From Vermamoeba vermiformis (lineage: Eukaryota), in assembly GCA_045837725.1 (NCBI GenBank), contig JBEWZL010000301.1, forward strand, positions 1 to 64,000: a stretch of 64,000 bases of DNA. The letters run 5' to 3'. The notes under the pieces are model-generated. The model ran no database searches and was not told the DNA's origin. It worked only from the letters and a program-made list of their open reading frames with translations. This document shows positions 26,360 to 43,406 of this stretch, piece after piece; positions within the stretch are counted from its first letter, which is position 1; every line of letters starts with the position of its first letter. The position numbers were made by a program, and so were the translations under genes.

Positions 26360-28221
26360 ATGCAGAACCATGAAAATATGATTCGAAGGTTGCGCGAGGC
26401 TTTACCAATTTGGTTATTATTCATTTATTGCACATCCGTGGCAGTTACAGCTGATTTCGTAATCTCCGCGCCAAATATAGCAGCCGATCGTCTAGCCTTT
26501 CAAGGAACAGGTTCTGTATCATTGTCTGAAATAACTCTTTCATTGGCGCAGAACAATACGGCATCCATTGCCTTTTGGAAGGACACCCAAAACGTCCTCG
26601 ATGGATTTAAAGCTGCAGTATTATACACCAGTTCTGCTTGCGATACTCAGGGATATTCAGGAGGAGACGGGTCAGTACTGGTCTTAACGAATCCAAAAAT
26701 AATTCAAAATTAAATTGAATTAATTTTAAATCTGCAGATTCACCTTCTTCTTCACCACCTCGAATAGTGTCACGGATTATCTCACTTGGGGAGGAACTTT
26801 TGGTCTTTTTCAAAAACGAAGTATCGCGATGGTCGGATTGGATTTGTTTCAAGGACGGATCGTCTACAAAGCAACGTGAGTTTATTGCTAGGCTCAAAAA
26901 TCTTAATTAACAAATACCGAATTTACCGTTAAATAACACATTTTTGTGCACAGTAACGCCAGTACTTGGTTGGGATCCAATTTCGACTCCTATTCTGTTG
27001 CTGCGCTCAGGACCTGGCGATGCATTCCCGAACCAGTCTACGTTCAACTTGAATATACACCTCCAATATTCAGGGTAATCTTGGGAGAGTATAAACTTAA
27101 AATTGACTTTGCGTTAGATCTCGAGCAACGTGAGCGCACTGGACGTTTCCGTTACAATGGACTTGAACGACTACTTTGCACCGTCCACACAACTATACGT
27201 AGGGTTGAGTGCTTCCACTGGCAATGCGTACATGAAACAATCGATTACCTATTGGGAATACTCTGGCAGTACGTCACAATCCAATTTTGTTGAAATTTCG
27301 TCCGAAAGTCTTACACGTTTGCGTTATCGTATAATCTAATGATGTTTGGTTTTAGCTCCGCCAGTGGATCAAGTCATTCCTATCCTCGAGTGCTACGAGA
27401 AAAGACAAAACGATTACGTCGCTTACATGGGCTTCAACAACCCCACGGCAAACCAACTGACGTATGAAATTGGCGTTGAAAATCAGTTCACTCCAGCACC
27501 GCAAAATCGAAATCAACCGACCATCTTTCCTGCGGGCAGATCTCGTACGTATTGATCTTTGCAATAACTTCCCCTGCGACGGATTAATCTGAGTTGGATA
27601 GAGTTCTATCCTTTGAATGCGTATCAATTTGTGTGGGATGGATCCGAGGTGACATGGACTTTATCGTCCAACTTTGTCAAGTTCGACGGCTTCAACCCCG
27701 CTCATTTATGCCCTACAACACTGAATATCGTGATCGTCTTTGGAACAACGGCCCAGTTGAGCGATGCACAGGTCACTGCCATCTCACAATCCATTGCAAA
27801 TTTTATGGGAATTTCAGCGATACGTGTCACTTTCCAAAGCATAAGTTACGTACCAGTAGTAGCGAAGCGCTCGTATATGCAAGGAGCGTCGCAAGGCACT
27901 CTCGAGCTCGAGATTGGCGGAACAACTGAGCAAACCCAGAACGAGCCCTCAGCGGCGGAAGCGGTGCAAAAGTTTGTTGAAGGCGCTGCAAATACCACCG
28001 CTGTCAATGAAGTGCTCAATCCCGTTGGCGTGCAAAACGTAGAATTCATTTCGACCAATCCCAAGTCAACAGGCACTGAAGGTACTGGCACGTTAGTGGC
28101 ACCAGCTCCCACGGCCGCACAACCTACCTCGACTAGCAATGGAATTTCTTTCGCGAATGCGTTGAATCATTTCAATCTAGTTGCGATGATCGTAATGGCT
28201 ATTTTACTGAATATTAGATAA
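26360..28221 (+). CDS. Secreted, probably GPI-anchored protein with a legume(L-type)-lectin-like domain and a second beta domain
   Basis: Signal peptide, GGDGFTF and YVGLSASTG..QSITYWEY lectin-like motifs, PILECY..YVAYMGFNN domain, Thr/Pro stalk and a hydrophobic C-terminus. Confidence 0.72.
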
Positions 28222-28353
28222 TGTTGTAATAAAACAAATCTCCTGATGTAAATTTAGTTCGTACTACGCGCCTCTTTGATTAATTTGTTTTTTTATTTAC
28301 AAGGGTTGTTGATTGATAAATACAATAATGATTGCTCATTCACATCATTAGTT

Positions 28354-33093
<4,740 letters not shown>

Positions 33094-33986
33094 GTTTGTT
33101 CTCAACCACTCGTTTATAATTTAATAAATAAATCTCGTTCAATTTGTTTTATACCTTCCTTCTCGAAGCCGCGACACGTGATGTTGTAGTAACGTTGATA
33201 CGGCGAGGTACGGTGGCTGACAAACGTCAGATCCAAAAAAGGAAACTGGGGCCCGGCGATGTACTAGAAGGCTCCAGTAAGGTACTGCTCGATTGCTCGG
33301 AAAAAGGGCTATTGGAAGGGAGCTAATGTCGATTAAACCGAGCAAAGCGGAGGACCCGAGATTCGCCGGGGTTGGGACGAAAATAACGCAGAGATCGATA
33401 AAATGAGGTGAAAATGACATAGAGTGGTGAAAAATAGCATAAAACAATTGTTACCGAGCGTTATGACGCAAATCAAGATAACGGCCGCAGCATCTGGAAA
33501 AAAAATTCATACGCAAAGCTAACTAATTTAGGCGATGGGTATATTGACAGGAGAGAATAAGACGTACCTCATAGCGGTATAGATCCATACTAAATTGTTT
33601 GTGTATTCCTCCGTTGAGCTCGTAAGAGGAGCGAAACTGTGGGATCTGCACAAGATCCACTCCGCGGAGTGAATTTTGCCTTGCCCCGTTGTGCTACAAA
33701 ACCTGCAACCGAAAATTTTGTTAGAAGAGATTTTGTGAGAGCATATTAGAACAAACTGCTGCGAAGAACTACTCGAGTAGCATTCTATCGCATCTGGAGA
33801 ATTAATTAACGGTAAATCTGGAAGGAAAACTAGATTTTATAAATTATTGATAAGAGCCCACCGACAAGTTCTTTCTATATACCTTACTTACTCATTTCAG
33901 ACCCAATGCTGCAGCATTTCTCAAAGATCGGGTAGTCGGCTTCAATTTCTCAATCTTGCTCGCTCTTGGTGGAAACTATCTACATT

Positions 33987-35432
33987 TTATACATTGTTCA
34001 TATTAACACTATCTTCGCTTTGGTTTGGCACTTGATCTGTAACTTCTGTAGTCTGATCTGTTTGGATGACATGTGCTTGAACAGTAGCGTGCTGCAATTC
34101 TATGAATAAGATGCCTTAGTATCGCCTACTGGCAATGTAATGTATTCTTACCCTCTGTGCTATTAGGCGGAGCCTGCATGTAAATATATTGAAGTTGTGC
34201 CTCCCTGTACACGCGATCAGCTCTCTTGTTGGGCAATTAAAATTAATGAATATGGTACTTACAGGCCATTAATTCCGTTAAGAGGGAATAGCAACTGAAT
34301 CGCTTGACTCGCGGCGTTCGCATCCAAGTTTTGAGTGACGTCCTCGGATGTGGCGTTCCCATTACTATCTACAGCGGCCAACTATAATCGCAGGTATTAT
34401 TACAACGGTAAAGAATAGTATATGGGCGACACCTCCATGGTGATGCAGGTAGCGCAACTAATAGATAAGCAAAGGAAAGATAGAAAAACTTACGCCAAGA
34501 CCCGGGATCTGAATGTAGTGCGTGGCGCTCGTTTGGAGATTGATTGGAACGAGCTGAGGATTGACTCGTTGCAAGCCCGGTGATGAAGGTGGCGTTCTGA
34601 CCTCGCCAATCATGTTACTGTAATAAAGGTTAGATTTGAGAAAAAGCAAGTTGCAGATTTACTCGTTCGAAGGTGATCCCATTGGAGGGCTATGGCTGTA
34701 CCTTGGTGCCTGCTGGACGTAATCGCCGAGCTCTCTATGCTTCGTCCTATAGTGGAATTTTAAGGCCCCTTCTGTTCCATAAGCACGAGGACAATCTTCT
34801 GCAGGACACTACAAAGGCAGTCAGCACGTGATCGGCCGATCGAAGGGTGAACTTACCTTGTATTTTCTCTGCACTGCTGTTGCTTTCTTACGTTGTCTCT
34901 TCTTAGCGCGTCCATCCTCGTCATCATTACTCTTCGGGTCGCTCAGCTGATCGCCAGATTGGGACAACGCATCTTGAGAGCCGCTTTGTGCTTCTGGTTT
35001 GAATGCATTGACTAATAAATCTAATCTGCACAAGAACAGGTACCATGCCTCGCATTCCTATGAGCGAGCGTTAATAAGTGACTGTTACAGCGTCGATCGG
35101 CACTGTAAATCTGCTCGATGATTGTCGCTTTCCATTTACGTCAAATAAATTCGCAATAATTAATATCAGATAGAGTGCACGTACTGAGGCATTTTTTGTG
35201 CCAGTTCTTTGAGCAGCTGTATGAAAATTTCTTTCCGTTTTATATTCGTTCAAAAACAACTCGCTTTCTGCTTCTGACCATGGCACCTGTGCATATATAA
35301 CGCGTTAAAAATATTCATATTAAAATATTATTTATAATAGCATAGCGGAGCTGTCCGGATGCGGGAGGCACTTACACGTGCTAGATCAATTGGAAAGCCA
35401 GTAAATGAGCGGTCAGTTGGTACAACAGACAT
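33987..35432 (-). CDS. Putative transcription factor with a SANT/Myb-like segment and a C2H2 zinc finger; exon structure approximate
   Basis: PWSEAESELFLNEY (SANT-like), NLS RAKKRQRKK, YKCPAEDCPRAYGTEGALKFHYRTKH (C2H2) and a Pro/Ser/Gln-rich tail. Confidence 0.72.
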
Positions 35433-35759
35433 ATTTATATTAATGTGCTATATTCATAACTGTTGTTCTTGTCTGCTGCGGGCCTGAAAAATTACCTCGC
35501 GACCTTGCGCAAATTTCTTGTTATCGTTGCCAAAGCTCTCAAGACCACCATATAGACTATTAAAGCAATGGTAAGTAATGTAACTCCAACGCACGATGAG
35601 GGAACAAGGACAAGCTCGGAATAATTCCATCTGGAAGAAATGCGCAAGCCAATCCAATTTAATTTTATTTAATTTAAGAAATTACAAATTATTGATTATA
35701 CAATCGTGTGATCACATAAAATTAATTTTTTGGCAAGCACAATTCTCAATAAATTTATT

Positions 35760-36252
35760 ATGCAGGACTTAAATGCTCTCGAGCAATTTTCCATGCAAGA
35801 TCTGCGCGCAATTAGCGAGGGTGACGCAGATATAGAAATAGCAGCTATTGAAAGTTTTTTGGAATCGACGCCCGAAGAGCTGGTCAAACTACGAACAGCC
35901 TTAGCACAAAATAATCCTAAGGACTCTTCGATCTATTCTCATTCAATTAAAGGAGCAAGCAAATATGTAGGAGCTAATAGGGTAAGTTATTTATAGCAAT
36001 TTAATTTAAATTCGCCACGCGCTTTTGATATTTTTGGATCGCGTTAAATTTGGTTACAATCTCCCACTATCTCCAACAACCTTTAACTATACTAATGCTA
36101 AATATATCACTTAGTTAACAAAATTATCATCGGTTTTGGAAGAGCTTTGCAAAGAAGGCAAGCTTGATGAAGTAAGAACATTTATTCCGTTGCTCGAAAA
36201 AGAAATTAAAGAAGTTGGCGAGCTGCTGAACAAATACAAATCTACACTATAG
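35760..36252 (+). CDS. Stand-alone histidine phosphotransfer (HPt) protein
   Basis: SHSIKGASKYVGA HPt motif. The second exon gives LSSVLEELCKEG. Confidence 0.9.
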
Positions 36253-36520
36253 TTAGCTTAACAATGTATTACTACTATTGGCTCGGGTATTATTGAGATC
36301 CTGGCCTTCTCGGAACATTTTATTTATCTTGTACGATCATTCATTGTAAAATAAAGTCTTTGTCGTACCAAATTTTTATAGTACGTACTGTAGCCAAATA
36401 ATACTAGTTTAGTACGATCCGTAGCCGCTTTTTCTTCTTGGCGCCTTACCTTTTTTTTGTCGGTTCGATTTTCCTCTTAGTTGACCGAATTGCTGGCTTG
36501 CATCACATTTGATAGCAGAA

Positions 36521-38896
36521 ATGAATAAGCTACAATTTGCTTTATTTATCTTCGCTGCGCTTATTCTGGCGACTATCAATGCGAGGATCACGAACCAGAG
36601 GGAGAAAGTTCCAAAACAGTTTGAAATACTCACACGAACGGCTCCAAATCAAATTCATGAATTTAGAATAGCATTGAAGCAAAGGAATACTGATATTTTA
36701 GAGGTAGGAGACTTAATCCGAATTTTCAAGATTTTTTTCTTTTTTTCCTTTATTTATGATATTCGGTTGATTTTGCTAGCAATCCAATTGTTATTTAAAA
36801 TAATGGCAACTCATTAGTACTAATTAATTCATTTTTTAGGCAACTTTGTTGGATGTATCAGATCCAGAGTCGAAAAACTACGGTAAGCCCAACACGACAT
36901 ACAGCTTTATAACATTTGACAAGGCAAATGGTGGTCAAAAGACCGTATTTTGGATTTGATTGCACCCACAGAAAGCGAAATTAAACCGGTTGTGGATTGG
37001 CTCAAGTCGAGTGGTGTGCAGCAGATCGATGTCTCAGGCCGTGACGTCATCAAAGTAGTTGCGCCAGTGCGTGTGATAGAACGCATGTTCCAAACAACAA
37101 TGTACAACTTCAGATCAAAACAGACGGGTACGTACAAATCTGATCGGATCCTTGACCTGCTACGATTGCTGATGAACAGCAACCTTAGTTACTTAGGGAA
37201 TTAATATGTAACAAAAAAAACATCACGAATATTTTTTCGGCTTTACTAGGCTAATCCCAATTTTTTTTATCGTAGGCAAGATCTTCCCTCGTGCATTTGG
37301 TTCGATTAACGTCCCAGATCACCTTAACATTATTGAAATGGTGAGTGGCCTCACTGAGCTAGTGCCAAAACCAAAGAGATTGAAGAGAAACACCGAAACA
37401 ACAAAAGAAAAACGTGGAGTCGCTCGAGCGACGGATCCGTTAGGAGTTATTTACCCAGGAATCCTGCGTAAAATGTATGATCTACCGTCACAATTTCCAG
37501 TCAATCCGAACAGTTCTCTTGGCCTCATTGAATTTCAAAGCGACCAATCGTTCACTTTCTTTGACTTAAATGCTTTCAATGAAATAGTGTCCGAGAACGT
37601 CACCGTGAATGAAAATAACATTATTGGTGAATTTGGTGGTTCTGACACCGAATCATCTCTCGACGTACAGGTAAATATCTATCATAACTATAAACAATAT
37701 TTTTCTTGTTCTTTACACCTTAAAATATTGAACATAACTATTATATTATATTAATTGCTATTACAGTATGGCGGAGCAATAGCGTTAAATACAACACTGT
37801 GGTTTTGGACGGTCGACAGTTGGATGTACGAGTTTGCCACGCAAATATTTGCAGCTCAGAACTACCCACTCGTCGTGTCAATGTCGTGGGGCTGGCCTGA
37901 AGACCAGCAATGTCAAATCACAGCCACTTGCGTAACAAATAATACTCAAGGTTCATATGGCTACGTGAGGAGGGTCAATATCGAGTTCGCGAAGTTAGGA
38001 CTGAAAGGAATCACGCTATTGGCTGCTTCAGGCGATCTAGGTGCGCCTGGTGATGGAAATTCCGAATGTACTGGTGGTCTTTCGACGTCATTTCCTGGCT
38101 CCTCACCGTGGGTCACGAGTGTTGGAGCAACAATGCTGGTCTACGTTCATACCGTACCAAAGAACGTGACCAATCAACCGCCTATTTGTTCTCAGTAAGT
38201 GCTCGTATGTAGTCAATCATATGCTGATTATATTTTCAGAATGTATTGCGCTCGAACTACAAAAGAAGGCACTTGTACTTACCCCAGTAAGCCGTTTTTT
38301 TATTCCTTAAAACCTAAACCACGAGCTAATTTTATTATGTAATAGCCGCATTGATAACATCTGGTGGAGGGTTTTCAGAAGTGACTTCAACGCCTAATTG
38401 GCAAAGGCAATCTGTCCGCTCGTACTTGACATCGGGCGTACCACTGCCAATTGGTCATTTTAATTCAACTAAACGAGCGTATCCTGATGTTTCCGCAAAT
38501 GGTCACAATTACGTTATTTATCAAGACTCGCCGGCGATTGTCGATGGGTAAGTTCAGTGAAAAAAATCCAATTTCAATCGCAGTACTTACTAATTATTTC
38601 AAAGCACTTCTGCTTCATCGCCAGTTTTCGCTGGAGTCGTTTCATTGCTCAACAGCGTCATGTTGAACAACAACAAGTTTCCGCTGGGCTTCATCAATCC
38701 GTTGTTGTATAAGATGGCTGCTGATGATCCAACGACATTTACAGACATTACAACGGGCAACAACTATTGTACTGAACAGTGCTGTGGTAATGTAGGTTAC
38801 GTTGCAACGAGTGGGTGGGATCCGGTCACGGGCTTGGGCACTCCAGTGTTTTCGAAAATGCGATCGTATATCGAAAAGATGTTTATAAATAAATAG
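36521..38896 (+). CDS. Sedolisin/tripeptidyl-peptidase I-like S53 protease
   Basis: Signal plus prodomain (IALKQRN, VSDPES.NYGKW), ESSLDVQY, AASGDLG, RAYPDVSA, TSASSP and GWDPVTGLGTP. Confidence 0.95.
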
Positions 38897-38992
38897 GAGT
38901 CTATGTGGGAGTTCCAAAAACTTGTGATACAATACTGGCCGCAAACGAAAAACTTAATCTTTTTATTTGTATCAAACTGAACACAACCAACG

Positions 38993-40221
38993 ATGTCACA
39001 AACACTCAAACAACTAAAGAAAAATGATAGATCATTCAGTACTTACATATACAAAGTTCTCAAGCAGGTAAATCAATAACGATTAGAACTTTGATCTGAC
39101 GTTTTTTATTGGAAATTAATGCAAATTTATTTTCGCTCCTTGATTTTCATTGTTATATTTACTAGTAATAAATTATTACATCAATTCAATTCAATTAATT
39201 CACGCAACTTTTCTAGGTTCATCCAACTATCGGAATCAGCAATAAAGCTATGGCAATTATGAACACCATTACTTGGTATAATTTTAGAAATATTATACAG
39301 CACGCAGAAGAATTATCAGTAATAGAAAAGAGGGCAACTTTCACATCCAGAGAAATTCAAACTGCAGTTCGCTTAGTCTTGCCAGGTCAACTCGCTAAAC
39401 ATGCAGTATCTGAAGGTAATCTTTACCGCGGTACATTAGCACTACTTATGGACCAGCGATTCACATTAATTTCCAAAAGGTACTAAGGCCGTCACGAAAT
39501 ACTCAGCCACAGGCAAAGGAGCAAATAACCAGCCAGAATCTCGTATCTCACGCGCTGGTTTACAGTTTCCTGGGGGCAGAATTCACCGATTAATCAAAGA
39601 ACAGATTAATTATCAACTGCGAGTCAGCGCTACAGGTCAGATCTCGATCGGATCAGCTTTCTTCACGTGACTCTTATTAACCTCATAATATTATAGCCGC
39701 TGTCTACTTGACAGCTGTTCTAGATTATATTACAGCTGAGGTGTTGGAACTCTCTGGTAATGCTTCCCGGGACATGAAGTAAGTGGATCCGACCGTCAAA
39801 AAGTTCCTTATTCCTAAATTATTCCTGTAGAGTCATTCGAGTTACTCCGCGTCATATACAACTTGCAATTAGAGGCGACGAAGAATTGGATACTTTATTT
39901 CAAAAGTGCATTGTCCCCAGCGGAGGCGTCGTGCCACACATTCATCCGTGGTTGTTGCCACGTGGTTTTAATAACTCCGACAACGGAGAGTGCGAATCCA
40001 GTTCTAGCAACGCCTTTACTTCGACAGGAACTACTTCCTTATTTGGTCAAAGTAACGCACCTGCACCAACTTCTATTTTCGGTTCATTTGGTCAAACAAC
40101 AACTTCAACAAGCACTTTTAGCACATCCGACAAAACACTGAATATGAGCGACCTGCAAACAGCAATTAATAACATTGGATCTGATGACGATGATATAAGC
40201 GGATCTGAAGAGGATTTTTAA
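38993..40221 (+). CDS. Single-chain histone H2B-H2A(.Z-like) fusion with FG-motif/acidic C-terminal tail, 300 aa
   Basis: Exons 38993-39067, 39217-39415, 39480-39635, 39697-39778 and 39831-40221 splice in frame (903 nt). H2B part: [47 protein letters not shown]2A part: [41 protein letters not shown]. Confidence 0.95.
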
Positions 40222-40343
40222 GGAAAGGCGTTTGAACGCAGATAGCTATATTATTAACTAATAAAAATTGGCTTCTATTTTAGTACGTTGAAGTTAAAAA
40301 CGTGCAATTTTTGGGATCAAAACAATTAATCAGATGAATCAAA

Positions 40344-41725
40344 ATGGACACAGAGCTGCAACAAAAAGGGTATTATATTAGTCCTAAAATAGAACTCGTC
40401 CAAATCGAGGGAAAAGGACGAGGTTTCATCGCTCGTGAGCCTCTGAAAGTCGGTGAACTGATCTTCAAAGAAAAACCTTTAGCTGCCGAGGATCGGGCGG
40501 GTAAATATTTTTAAAATTATTAATAAATTATTGTATATTTATTTCATATTTATCCACAAATTACAGACGCGCACAACCTTTTCTGCGTAAATCGTATTTT
40601 TTTTTACACGAGTCCTAACCTTGTTTTTGTAAGGCGACTGGCACAATAAATTTGTACGAGTTTTATTAGAAAAAAAAGAAGAAAGAGAATTGATTTATTG
40701 CCCGCCAAAGTACCCGATCTTGCCCTCGCCAATCAAAGGAGTCTCAAATGACGACTATTCTCGAATGATGAGTCAAATTACAACAAACGCATTTCAAAAA
40801 GGTAATAACAATTAATTATTTCTAGTTCTAAGCGGATCTACCTTTTTGCGAATCCGATCTGACTTTTATAATTGTCTAGGCTCGACTGCTGTGCTAACTG
40901 CACGCAGCAATTTATTCAATAGTAGTTGTTGGCCTAATCTAGTACTGCATTGTAAAGATAATTTTGAAATTTGGGGCTATGTAATTGATGACATTCAAAC
41001 TGGCGAAGAAGTTTGCAATAATTTTCCGGATCTGTACTTGCCAACGAAGCGAAGACAAGGTAATCATATTTAAAGCACCCATATATAATAATATGCTGAT
41101 TCAAAAGCTGCGCATGATATTACAAATAGTTTTTATTTATACTTTGGATGCAGATCTGCTTAAGAACCAATATGGCTTCGATTGCGATTGTAAACGATGC
41201 AATAAGCCAGAGCTATTCCCAAATGATAAGTTATTAGTAGCTGCGTTCGAATTGCCCGATGATCCAGCCGAAAAACAACAAGCAGTTGCGCAGATGGAGA
41301 AAGTTTATAATACTTTAGACTACGGAACACCAAATTACGACCAGAAATTCGAAGAAAATCCAGCAATGTATATAGAGAGATTAGAAGAGTTTATTAAACA
41401 GCCGTTTGGATCGCGTTGGCCGAAAGCGTATTTAGGAAAGTGCCATTGGCGATTAAACGTTGTTAGACAAAATTTAATACAAGAATTAATGGCCGTAGAT
41501 CACTTAGAACGCGCGATAGATTTATTAATAGATCAAATGATAGCTAACGATAAAATTTTGCCGAAGTGGCATCTGCAGAAGTTAACGGCGTACACGACGC
41601 TCAATGAATTGATGGCAAGATTAAATTTGGATAGATTAACGAACGCTATTAAACGATTGAAGAAAGGTGAAGTGGATCTGCAGTATTACAAAGAACTGCT
41701 TTTTGTGTACAAAGAAAAAGAATAA
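40344..41725 (+). CDS. SMYD-like SET-domain protein lacking MYND, with altered catalytic motifs
   Basis: GKGRGFIAREPLKVGELIFKEKP, TNAF, FNSSCWPN, IQTGEEV, post-SET YGFDCDCKRC and a helical C-terminal domain. Confidence 0.88.
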
Positions 41726-42224
41726 ACTCCGATCATTTACACTAATGGTGCATGGTAAAGCATGGTAATAATATTACGCTTACCTTTTAGTGAGTTTCCT
41801 GTAGTTTTCTAAGCTATTTAATTGTTTTGAAATTATTTCTTTCATTTTGTGTTTCTGTTTAAAACTGCGCAGCACACGTCAAATAATGTTTCAATATAAA
41901 TATATTGCCGCTCGATTGATTGAAGTAACGAAGCATGCTGGAAGCAGATCGAGCACTCCGAAAATCAGATTCCCAAAAATTAGCATTTTCGAGAACACTC
42001 CATCGATTGGAAGCCGAATGTTTGGACAATACTCGAATCGTGGCGAAATAAATGGTTCCGCTCCGGCCAAACGCTTTTTTGGCGCAATTCCTCCGCGGAA
42101 TAGAACCTTCGAGAACAAATCACCGAACCTTAAAAAAATTCGGTTCCGCGCCTTAACTACTACAACTAAATATCATCATAAGATAACCACAGCAGAAGTC
42201 TATACTTACCGAGGATACAGCACA

Positions 42225-43240
42225 ATGGCCAACCAAAACTCAGATCTTAAGCCTATTGATCTCTATTCGTGGACTACTCCCAACGGTAGAAAAATCGAAT
42301 TAGCATTAGAAGAGCTTAATTTGCCTTATACCGTAAGTCGTCTTGTGAATATATTGACGTTTTTCTGCCCTGCGTTCTGAAAGTCATGTGATCCAATTTC
42401 ATTAATGTCAGAATATTAATTTACTATTTTTCCAGTATCATCCTATCAATATTGGAACTGGCGATCAGTTCAAACCCGAATTTTTGAAGATCAGTCCAAA
42501 CAACAAGATCCCCGCGCTCGTCGACACAAACACTAAGACTGGCACTCCTTTGAGCATCTTCGAATCAGGCGCTATTTTAATCTATCTTGCCAAGAAATAT
42601 CAAGCTCGTGGTAACGTGACTTTGTTGCCTGACGAAGAAGCAGATCCTCAAGGTCACTCCAACGTTTTGCAATGTAAGTGAATGCTACAAATACGAGATC
42701 GTATATTTAAGTCACGCATATTTATCACAATGTTTTGCAATTGTGGGTGTTTTTTGGTATTCACATTTTCTGATCCAAATTTTTGTAGGGCTTTTCTGGC
42801 AAGTCGGAGGCTTCGGCCCGATGCTCGGACAATTCAATCGTAAGTACATGGACTGCTTATAAATAATTATTAATCGTGGAAACTACCCTTGGAATACGAT
42901 CAATTTTTTTGGCTAAATTTAGAAACAAAAATCTTTTGTACTAAGTATAGTTTTTTTTTCAGATTTCCGTGCCTATGCTCCTGAAAAGATCGAATATGCT
43001 ATTAATCGTTACGCTACTGAGGCTAAGCGACTTTTCAGCGTGCTGGACAAACAACTCGAAGCCACTGGCGCCTTTATTGCCGGACCAAACTACTCTATCG
43101 CTGATATTGCTACTTGGCCTTGGGCACTTTTATTGCCTAAATTGGGCGACGATTTCGTCAACGCTTATCCTCACGTTAATGCTTGGATCGAGCGCGTCAA
43201 ACAACGACCTGCTGGCGCCAAGATCTTTGCAAAGATGTAA
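42225..43240 (+). CDS. Glutathione S-transferase, nu-class/YfcG-YghU-like
   Basis: WTTPNGRKI, ISPNNKIPAL, IFESGAILIYLA, LFWQVGGFGPMLGQ and YSIADIATWPW. Confidence 0.93.
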
Positions 43241-43406
43241 CAATAAAACTTGTTATTAAAGTGTAGTAATACATTGGTTAATATTTGTAGTCTTAACAAG
43301 CGCGAGTAGCAAAGAAAAAAATCACGTGACTTCTTTTTTTTTACCAACAAAGCTGCAGAAGCTTTTTTCGTCCATAAAAATTATATAATACCATATCATT
43401 TATACA

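Noticed and set aside
38993-40221. Endogenous giant-virus insertion as the source of the histone doublet
   Set aside because: The gene has four spliceosomal introns, H2A.Z-type residues and ordinary host neighbours, and no viral hallmark genes are in the window. An ancient viral origin is not fully excluded.
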